IMG/VR virus record: IMGVR_UViG_3300021440_000214
Span: 1 to 14,220 of that record
Origin: a virus
Length of the DNA stretch: 14,220 nucleotides
Direction: 5' to 3' (one strand)
Positions 1 to 5,743 of this stretch are shown in pieces; position 1 is the first letter of the stretch; each line of letters starts with the position of its first letter. The notes below the pieces were generated by a model. The model did no database searches and was not told where the DNA came from. It saw only the letters and a list, made by a program, of their open reading frames with translations. A program made the translations under genes and the position numbers.

Positions 1-45
1 GAGGTATCCAAAGGTATTAGGCGGATGATCCACCTTCCCATCCGG
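1..45. repeat. Left inverted terminal repeat (ITR), 45 bp
   Basis: Bases 1-45 (GAGGTATCCAAAGGTATTAGGCGGATGATCCACCTTCCCATCCGG) are the exact reverse complement of 14176-14220. Identity breaks at base 46 versus 14175. With a terminal-protein candidate and a protein-primed PolB present, these are most likely genome termini. Confidence 0.95.
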
Positions 46-49
46 TAAA

Positions 50-78
50 TGTTACAGAATTGTTACAGGTGTGTTACA
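50..78 (+). promoter_or_regulatory. Three perfect TGTTACA heptamers with 11-bp phasing (starts 50, 61, 72), 5 nt inside the left ITR
   Basis: Direct reading: aaaTGTTACAgaatTGTTACAggtgTGTTACAct. The 11-bp spacing puts all copies on one face of the helix. A mirror array exists at the right end. Confidence 0.6.
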
Positions 79-107
79 CTTTGCAAAATGTGTTGATATT
101 GTCTCTA

Positions 108-116
108 TGGTGTAAT
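108..116 (+). promoter_or_regulatory. Putative extended -10 element (TGgTGTAAT) of the left-arm promoter
   Basis: It matches TGnTATAAT at 8 of 9 positions and lies about 50 nt upstream of the first SD/ATG (169). No convincing -35 is seen at 17-bp spacing (TTGCAA 81-86 and TTGATA 93-98 are mis-spaced). It overlaps the palindrome GTGTA-A-TACAC at 110-120. Confidence 0.3.
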
Positions 117-168
117 ACACTCTAATTGGATCTAAGTGATCCGGAATAAAATATAGGAGGTCCAGACT

Positions 169-417
169 ATGGATAACAAAAACATTTATGAGAGGATCGA
201 TCAGATCAAGAAAAGGATCCAGGCAGAGAGACTCAAGGTCCAGGCAGAGGCGGAGGAGAATGATTATCCTATCAGTAAGAATATTCTCTCAGGTGAGTCT
301 ATAGGATTAACTGTAGCTCTCATTATCATCGAGCAGGAGATAGCAGCTCATGACTTTGAGAATGATCGTCAGATCGCTCTTGATCTTATCTTTGGAGGTG
401 AATTGAATGAGAAATGA
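169..417 (+). CDS. Early protein, 82 aa, net acidic, function unknown
   Basis: ORF with AGGAGG at 154-159 and ATG at 169. It is the first gene of the left arm. No motif recognised. Confidence 0.7.
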   Translation: MDNKNIYERIDQIKKRIQAERLKVQAEAEENDYPISKNILSGESIGLTVALIIIEQEIAAHDFENDRQIALDLIFGGELNEK

Positions 418-574
418 TAACAGTCCCAGCAAGGTTATAACTATATCCCTGGATCAGGAGTCTCTGGAGCTCCTTGAGGATATGTCATGTTGTAGTGGTA
501 GATCCAGGAGCTATGTCATCCGGGAGGCTATCAGGAGTTTATATGATGAGGTGGGAGGTAATGAGAATGAATAG
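407..574 (+). CDS. Ribbon-helix-helix (CopG/Arc/MetJ-like) DNA-binding protein, 55 aa; not in the supplied ORF track
   Basis: My translation: MRNDNSPSKVITISLDQESLELLEDMSCCSGRSRSYVIREAIRSLYDEVGGNENE, ending in TAG at 572-574. GGAGG at 394-398 lies 8 nt before the ATG at 407. The pattern is beta-strand (KVITISL), helix (QESLELLEDM), G-x-S/R turn, helix (SYVIREAIRSLY), which is typical of RHH proteins. It overlaps the stop of the upstream gene by 11 nt. Confidence 0.65.
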   Translation: MRNDNSPSKVITISLDQESLELLEDMSCCSGRSRSYVIREAIRSLYDEVGGNENE

Positions 575-695
575 AGTAGAGGAAAATCTCAGGATGCTTG
601 ATCAGTTAAGTGTATCTATGGCTAATCCTGATATTACTAGAAACATTATTCTGATGGATATATCCAGGTCTCTATCTATGATAGCTGACAAGTAA
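567..695 (+). CDS. Small early protein, about 42 aa, function unknown
   Basis: This is the 3' part of track ORF 474..695. GGAGG at 554-558 lies 8 nt before the ATG at 567 (ATG 561 is too close to the SD). The part of the track ORF upstream of 561 lies inside the RHH gene in another frame. Confidence 0.4.
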   Translation: MNRVEENLRMLDQLSVSMANPDITRNIILMDISRSLSMIADK

Positions 696-706
696 GGAGG
701 CAGACA

Positions 707-880
707 ATGAAAGTAAAGAGAATAAGTGATGATGAGATAGTTATAAATGTAACACCCTCAGAGGTTAGAGAGGCTTTTGAAACACCAGAGGCATATCTAC
801 TTTTTAGAACAAAAATTTTAGGTTTATGCAGTTTAGCTGAGAGGAGAGTGGATTTTGATTATGACTCTGAAAGAACTTAA
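707..880 (+). CDS. Small early protein, 57 aa, function unknown; not in the supplied ORF track
   Basis: AGGAGG at 694-699 lies 7 nt before the ATG at 707. My translation: MKVKRISDDEIVINVTPSEVREAFETPEAYLLFRTKILGLCSLAERRVDFDYDSERT, ending in TAA at 878-880. Confidence 0.5.
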   Translation: MKVKRISDDEIVINVTPSEVREAFETPEAYLLFRTKILGLCSLAERRVDFDYDSERT

Positions 881-1121
881 CGCATCCGGAATTATAGGAA
901 CCTTCCAGAAGATCAGATTGATTGATATAGATACCGGATCCTATATCAAATATGATCACCCTATGAGATACTGGGATATCCCTGAGAAGTATCTCAATAA
1001 AGAGATCTATATGATCGAGTCAGGATCTCATCTGGATAATGCTCTGGGTACTTATAACCATCATCTGGTTATTCATATATCAGTTAAGAAAATGGAGGAT
1101 TATAACAGTGGCAAGAGGTAG
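855..1121 (+). CDS. Early protein, 86-88 aa, function unknown
   Basis: Track ORF. GAGGAGAG at 841-848 precedes a TTG at 855 (6-nt spacer) and an ATG at 861 (12-nt spacer), so the start is ambiguous. Confidence 0.55.
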   Translation: MIMTLKELNASGIIGTFQKIRLIDIDTGSYIKYDHPMRYWDIPEKYLNKEIYMIESGSHLDNALGTYNHHLVIHISVKKMEDYNSGKR

Positions 1122-1968
1122 AAAAAAGAACTCATCAAAATATCAGAGGTTGAACAAAGATGTTAAAAAAGCCTCCAGATCAACGGATCCATTTAAGAGA
1201 TCCGGAATGAAAAAATCAAAAAGTGATAAAAGATCTCAGGCTAAAAAGAAAGCTCATCCTCATTTATCGGAAACTCAGGAAAAGGTTTCCAAAGTCAGAT
1301 CTCAATTAAAAAAGGAGTTTTTAACTGAACTGGGTTTTGTAGCTCCTAAAAAATCTAAAGGTAGGAAAGCCAGTGCTAGTTTGACTCAGCTGCCTGAGGC
1401 TTTCATATTCAATGGTAAACCTAACTACACTCCTCAATCTATCAAACAGGCTTTTAATGGAGACATTAAAGCTATGAGAGAAGAATACTCAAGGCTGAGA
1501 GCAGTAGCTCAGAAACGTCTCCAGAGATTAGCTAAAAGCAGATACTCAGGATCAGAGGTCTATAAGTATTACAATGATACATTCAAGAAATTAAAGAGTA
1601 TCAGTGACAAGGGACTTCCGGAGGCTCTAACCTCTATCAACAGATTTCTATCCAATCCGCTATCTACTCTCAGAGGTCAGACTGAGCTGAGAAATACCAG
1701 GATCGAAACTCTCCAGAGTTATGGTTATAACGTAAATGAAAGCAATTTTGACAAGGTTATAGAAGTCATGGAGGAGGTCAGGTCCATGATCCAGAGTAAA
1801 CTATATGACTCTGATCAGGTCCTGCAGGAGGTAGTAGAGATTGTTAATGGAATCATCAACGATCCGGATAATAATCTCAATAATAAGAGTTCAAAAGAGA
1901 TAGCTAATGAGGTTTATGATCAATATGCTAGTAGTTCATCAGATTTACTCTCACTCTCTATCAAATAA
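1108..1968 (+). CDS. Putative terminal protein (DNA-replication primer), about 286 aa
   Basis: It lies immediately upstream of, and overlaps, the protein-primed PolB gene, as gene 3 precedes gene 2 in phi29. Its size is close to phi29 TP (266 aa). GGAGGA at 1094-1099 lies 8 nt before a GTG at 1108, so the track start at 1039 is probably too long. The N-terminal third is extremely K/R/S-rich (ARGRKKNSSKYQRLNKDVKK...KKSKSDKRSQAKKKAH). No sequence-level homology was recognised. Confidence 0.55.
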   Translation: MARGRKKNSSKYQRLNKDVKKASRSTDPFKRSGMKKSKSDKRSQAKKKAHPHLSETQEKVSKVRSQLKKEFLTELGFVAPKKSKGRKASASLTQLPEAFIFNGKPNYTPQSIKQAFNGDIKAMREEYSRLRAVAQKRLQRLAKSRYSGSEVYKYYNDTFKKLKSISDKGLPEALTSINRFLSNPLSTLRGQTELRNTRIETLQSYGYNVNESNFDKVIEVMEEVRSMIQSKLYDSDQVLQEVVEIVNGIINDPDNNLNNKSSKEIANEVYDQYASSSSDLLSLSIK

Positions 1969-4060
1969 GGATAAGACTCAGATCCTGGATTATGTGAGGA
2001 ATAAACCACAGGTCAAGAAAAAACAAGGTAGGAGAGGCAAGGATAAGGATAAGACTCTCTATAGAGATGTGATCATGAGTTTTGATATAGAGACTACTCA
2101 ATATCATCCTCTAAAACAGGCTTTCATGTATCTCTGGCAGTTTGCTATAGATGATAAGATCGTGATCCTGGGACACACCTGGTCTCAGTTCCTGAGCCTT
2201 CTCAAGCTCCTCAAGGCTGAGCTCAAACCTCATGAGAGATATATGATCTTTGTTCATAACCTTGCATACGAGTTTCAGTTCCTTGCCGGAGTCATGGATA
2301 TAGACAGTAAGGATCTGTTTGCAGTGGATGTCAGAAAAGTAATCAAGTTTGTTTTTGACAGTTCCTTTGAGTTCAGATGCAGTTATGCTCTCACAAATAT
2401 GAGTCTAGCAGAGTTCACATATAAGATGGATGTGAAACATAAAAAGCTCTCCGGAGATGATTTTGATTATACAAAGACCAGATACCCATGGACCAGACTC
2501 TCAAAGAAAGAACTCCAATATGGTATCAATGACGTTATAGGTTTGAATGAGGCTCTCAGGAGCTTTATAGCAATAGAGAATGATGATTATTATTCTTTAC
2601 CTATCACATCCACTGGTTTTGTCAGGAGAGATGTTAAGAAGGTAGTAAGAGAAAAACTATGTCATTCTTATATGGTAGGTATTCAACCGGACTATGAGAT
2701 ATCTGTAGCTTTACATGAGGCTTTCAGAGGAGGAGATACTCATAATAACAGATACTGGACTGATGCAATCTGCTATGAGGTTGGATCCGATGATAGGAGT
2801 AGCTCCTATCCGGATGAGATGTGTAATCGAGAATTTCCTAGCAGTAAATGGAGAGAGGTTGGAGTTCAAACTCTGGATCAGATCAAGCAGAAAATCGATC
2901 ATCACTATGCTCTGCTCATGAGAGTTATCATCAGAGGCAATATCCATCTCAAGGATCCATTGTGGGGTTTTCCTTATATTCCTATTGCAAAGTGTAGAGG
3001 ATGTAAAGCATCAGATCCCGGGATGGTTATTGATAATGGTAGGATCATAAATTCTGAATATCTGGAGATAACAATAACTGATGTTGACCTGGCTATCATC
3101 CTCCAGCAGTATGATTTTGATCAGATTCTTTTCTATCAGGTATGGATGAGTAGATATAAACCTCTACCAAAACCTATAGTGAGACTGGTCTGCAAATATT
3201 ATAGGAATAAGACGGAGCTCAAGGATGTGGAAGGTCAGGAGAATTTCTACATGAAAGAGAAAGCAAAACTCAATTCCATCTATGGACTCATGGTCCAGGA
3301 CAACATGAAAGAGATGTTATTATTTCAAAAGGACAGAGTAGATCCTAAGTCCGGAGAACTGGCTGAGTGGTATCTGGATGATAGTAAGACCAGAGAGGAG
3401 ATCCTTGAGAAATATTCTAAAAAAGGTTTTCTCCCTTATCAGTGGGGTGTCTGGGTGACTGCCTGGGCGAGATATGACCTCCAGGAAGGTATCAGGCTGG
3501 TCAATCCTACAGACTGCATTTATGTTGATACTGACTCAATCAAGCATCTGGGAGAGGTTGATTTTACTGAGTATAACAGGATCAGGATAGAGAGATCTAT
3601 CAAAAATGGAGCCTATGCTACAGATCCTCATGGAGTGACACATTATATGGGAGTCTTTGAGAATGAGGGCGTCTCTCACAAATTCATCTCTCAGGGAGCT
3701 AAAAAGTACGCATCTGAGGATAGAGAAGGTCATGTTAAACTGACCTGTGCCGGAGTAGGAAAGAAAAAAGGCTCTAAGGAATTAGAGAAAGCCGGAGGTA
3801 TTGATCTATTCCGTGATGGTTTTACTTTCAGAGAGTCCGCTGGTATTGAGGCAGTCTATAATGATCAAGTGAATAAGAGAGTAAAAATTGATGGTCATTA
3901 TATCAGAATTACAAGAAATGTATATTTTCATGATTCTGTTTATACTCTGGGTAAAACGTATGAATATTACATTTTGTGTACAAAATGTAGAGAGTTGTTG
4001 ACAAGTGTCTTAAAAGGTAATAATTTGTTAGTGGATAGTCCATCCAACGAAAATAATTAA
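1907..4060 (+). CDS. Family-B DNA polymerase, protein-primed (phi29/PRD1 type)
   Basis: Motifs read directly: ExoI FDIETT (DIE at 2084-2092), ExoII HNLAYEFQFL, ExoIII YGINDVIGL. Also motif A DDRSSSYPDEM (Dx2SLYP-like), motif B KAKLNSIYG (3266-3286), motif C YVDTDS (3521-3538), KxY (GAKKYAS) and a CAGVGKK segment resembling phi29 CAGMTDK. The start is uncertain: candidates are ATG 1907/1916/1925 (GAGGT at 1909-1913), GTG 1994 and ATG 2075. Confidence 0.93.
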   Translation: MRFMINMLVVHQIYSHSLSNKDKTQILDYVRNKPQVKKKQGRRGKDKDKTLYRDVIMSFDIETTQYHPLKQAFMYLWQFAIDDKIVILGHTWSQFLSLLKLLKAELKPHERYMIFVHNLAYEFQFLAGVMDIDSKDLFAVDVRKVIKFVFDSSFEFRCSYALTNMSLAEFTYKMDVKHKKLSGDDFDYTKTRYPWTRLSKKELQYGINDVIGLNEALRSFIAIENDDYYSLPITSTGFVRRDVKKVVREKLCHSYMVGIQPDYEISVALHEAFRGGDTHNNRYWTDAICYEVGSDDRSSSYPDEMCNREFPSSKWREVGVQTLDQIKQKIDHHYALLMRVIIRGNIHLKDPLWGFPYIPIAKCRGCKASDPGMVIDNGRIINSEYLEITITDVDLAIILQQYDFDQILFYQVWMSRYKPLPKPIVRLVCKYYRNKTELKDVEGQENFYMKEKAKLNSIYGLMVQDNMKEMLLFQKDRVDPKSGELAEWYLDDSKTREEILEKYSKKGFLPYQWGVWVTAWARYDLQEGIRLVNPTDCIYVDTDSIKHLGEVDFTEYNRIRIERSIKNGAYATDPHGVTHYMGVFENEGVSHKFISQGAKKYASEDREGHVKLTCAGVGKKKGSKELEKAGGIDLFRDGFTFRESAGIEAVYNDQVNKRVKIDGHYIRITRNVYFHDSVYTLGKTYEYYILCTKCRELLTSVLKGNNLLVDSPSNENN

Positions 4061-4075
4061 TAGGAGGTTAAAACG

Positions 4076-4420
4076 ATGGAAATTATCAAGGCTACAGAAG
4101 GATTAAGTAAGAAAGAGATCTATAAGATGGTCAATGATCCATCTATTAAGAAGATCAAGGACGGAGCTAATCTTGAGGTTACTCTCATCTCATATGTCAG
4201 ATACGATGACATTAACAATAATGGTAATGAGGTCCAGCTCCTGGCTATCAATACCGATCAGGGTATTTTTGCTACAAACTCTAAGACCTTTATTGAGGAC
4301 TTTGAGAGGATCCTTGAGCAGCTGGGTGAACCGGGTGACGAGTGGACAGGTGTTATCAAGATCATAGAGGATATCTCCAAAAATGGTAGAACCTTCTATC
4401 AGTGTGGTTTGGTTGATTAA
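4076..4420 (+). CDS. Replication-arm protein, 114 aa, function unknown (SSB or DNA-binding role possible from position only)
   Basis: AGGAGG lies 7 nt before the ATG at 4076. It sits between the polymerase and the packaging ATPase. No motif recognised. Confidence 0.7.
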   Translation: MEIIKATEGLSKKEIYKMVNDPSIKKIKDGANLEVTLISYVRYDDINNNGNEVQLLAINTDQGIFATNSKTFIEDFERILEQLGEPGDEWTGVIKIIEDISKNGRTFYQCGLVD

Positions 4421-4443
4421 TTCCTTCCCTTATTCACTTCACT

Positions 4444-4480
4444 GAGCCTATCATCTCTCCCTGCCTGAGATGGTAGGCTC
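4444..4480 (+). promoter_or_regulatory. Strong intergenic stem-loop (14-bp stem, 9-nt loop)
   Basis: GAGCCTATCATCTC (4444-4457) pairs with GAGATGGTAGGCTC (4467-4480). There is one G-U wobble and the loop is TCCCTGCCT. No U-tract follows, and the ATPase SD/ATG begin about 8 nt downstream. Confidence 0.5.
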
Positions 4481-4497
4481 TACCATAGGAGGCAAAA

Positions 4498-5520
4498 ATG
4501 AATATATATTTACCGGACGGATGGTTAGATGTAGAGAAGATATTGAGCCCTAAACAGTTTTGGATGATAGTCATGGTAGGACCTAGAGGAACCGGAAAAT
4601 CATATGGAGTCCTGGAGGATCTTACTATAACTCATCCAATCCCTTATTTTTATATCAGAACTAAACAAAAAGAGATCGATCTCATGAAAGATCCGGATCT
4701 CTTTCCTTTTACATCTATCAACGAAAATCATAACACTAACTACTTTCTAAAGAAGAAACTCAATGAGGTCTCAATGATCACTAAAGATCCGGAGAGTAAT
4801 GATCCTATTGCTTTAGTCTCAGCTCTTTCTACTATTGCGGATGTCAGAGGTATGGATGCTAAAAGATATAAAGCAATATTCTATGATGAGTTTATCCCGG
4901 AGAAACATGTGAGAAAAATGAGAGCTCAGGGTATAGCAGTAAAACATATGTATGAGACTCTGAATAGAAATAGAGAGCTCTTTGGAGAGCCTCCAATGAG
5001 GTTGATACTATGTGCTAACTCTGAGGATATCGGAAACGATGTATTAATGGAGTATAACCTGATAGATCATCTCATAGATATGCAGGAGAGAGGTCTGGAG
5101 TTAAAAGATCTTCCTGAGAGAGGTATCAGGCTGGTCTTTCCTATGCACTCTCCGATCTCTGAGAAGAAATCTCAAACAGTATCTTATAAGAGTGATCCAA
5201 ACTCTGACTATTCCAGAATGGCTATCAATAATGAATTTACCTCATATTATAAAGGTAACATCAAACCGATGAACCTCCAGGACTTTGAGCCTAAAGTAAT
5301 AGTAGGAGATCTCTGTATCTATAAATCAAAAAATAACAGAGTGTTATATGTGACCAGATATAAGAGAGGCAAGTTTGTAGAGATCTATCACACTACAGAT
5401 TTTGAGCTGGATCAGTTCAGGATCCGTCACAGGAGACTGGTAGATTATTATTTTAAGAATAAGATCAAGTTTGAAAATGCATCATGCGAGATTGCTTTCC
5501 AGCATCTGATAGGAGGTTAA
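4498..5520 (+). CDS. DNA encapsidation (packaging) ATPase, phi29 gp16-like
   Basis: Walker A GPRGTGKS (4579-4602) and a Walker B-like AIFYDEF. The size (340 aa) is close to phi29 gp16 (332 aa). AGGAGG lies 6 nt before the ATG. Confidence 0.85.
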   Translation: MNIYLPDGWLDVEKILSPKQFWMIVMVGPRGTGKSYGVLEDLTITHPIPYFYIRTKQKEIDLMKDPDLFPFTSINENHNTNYFLKKKLNEVSMITKDPESNDPIALVSALSTIADVRGMDAKRYKAIFYDEFIPEKHVRKMRAQGIAVKHMYETLNRNRELFGEPPMRLILCANSEDIGNDVLMEYNLIDHLIDMQERGLELKDLPERGIRLVFPMHSPISEKKSQTVSYKSDPNSDYSRMAINNEFTSYYKGNIKPMNLQDFEPKVIVGDLCIYKSKNNRVLYVTRYKRGKFVEIYHTTDFELDQFRIRHRRLVDYYFKNKIKFENASCEIAFQHLIGG

Positions 5521-5522
5521 AC

Positions 5523-5672
5523 ATGATTGGATCCGATTATATGATAGTTCCCAGATATGATCATTTTGATGTATTGATAAATGGAGAGTTCTATTGTTCA
5601 GCTGATAATATCAGTGAGGCTATGGATGAGGTTGAACAATATTATGAAGATCATCCTATATCTAATGAATGA
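5523..5672 (+). CDS. Small protein, 49 aa, acidic, function unknown
   Basis: AGGAGG at 5511-5516 lies 6 nt before the ATG at 5523. The track start at 5484 lacks an SD. It is the last gene of the left arm. Confidence 0.5.
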   Translation: MIGSDYMIVPRYDHFDVLINGEFYCSADNISEAMDEVEQYYEDHPISNE

Positions 5673-5693
5673 TATTATAATTTAATACATATA

Positions 5694-5724
5694 AAGAAAA
5701 GGACCGGAGAACTCCGGTCCTTTT
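5694..5724. terminator. Bidirectional intrinsic terminator between the convergent arms
   Basis: AAGAAAA, then GGACCGGAGAACTCCGGTCC (5701-5720; 8-9 bp GC-rich stem, tetraloop), then TTTT. The A-run on one side and T-run on the other give a U-tract on both strands. It lies between the last + gene (ends 5672) and the last - gene (ends 5744). Confidence 0.85.
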
Positions 5725-5743
5725 CAATGCGAGCATGCTCACC

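Noticed and set aside
1-10. Terminal nucleotide reiteration expected for the sliding-back or jumping-back mechanism of protein priming
   Set aside because: The terminus reads GAGGTATCC, with no clear homopolymeric or short repeated unit like phi29 AAA or adenovirus CATCAT. Only a weak G-A-G pattern is visible. I cannot tell whether the extreme terminal bases are complete in this assembly, so I make no claim.
1-45. ITRs as the ends of a transposon, casposon, polinton-like element or linear plasmid
   Set aside because: There is no transposase, integrase or Cas1. A full capsid, portal, tail and lysis gene set is present, so a virion-forming phage genome is the simpler explanation.
126-144. Small inverted repeat GGATC-taagt-GATCC in the left 5' leader
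   Set aside because: It has only a 5-bp stem built from the over-abundant GGATC/GATCC words, so chance occurrence is likely given the GATC enrichment.
474-560. 5' part of track ORF 474..695 (73 aa)
   Set aside because: It has no SD and a non-ATG start. It lies entirely inside the better-supported RHH gene (407-574) in another frame. Only the 3' part from ATG 567 is kept.
2711-4367. Short track ORFs nested in or antisense to the polymerase and the 114-aa gene (2711..2947-, 2715..2921+, 3536..3733-, 4134..4367+)
   Set aside because: They lie wholly inside longer ORFs with clear motifs, lack SD sequences and have low-complexity or odd composition. They are typical shadow ORFs.
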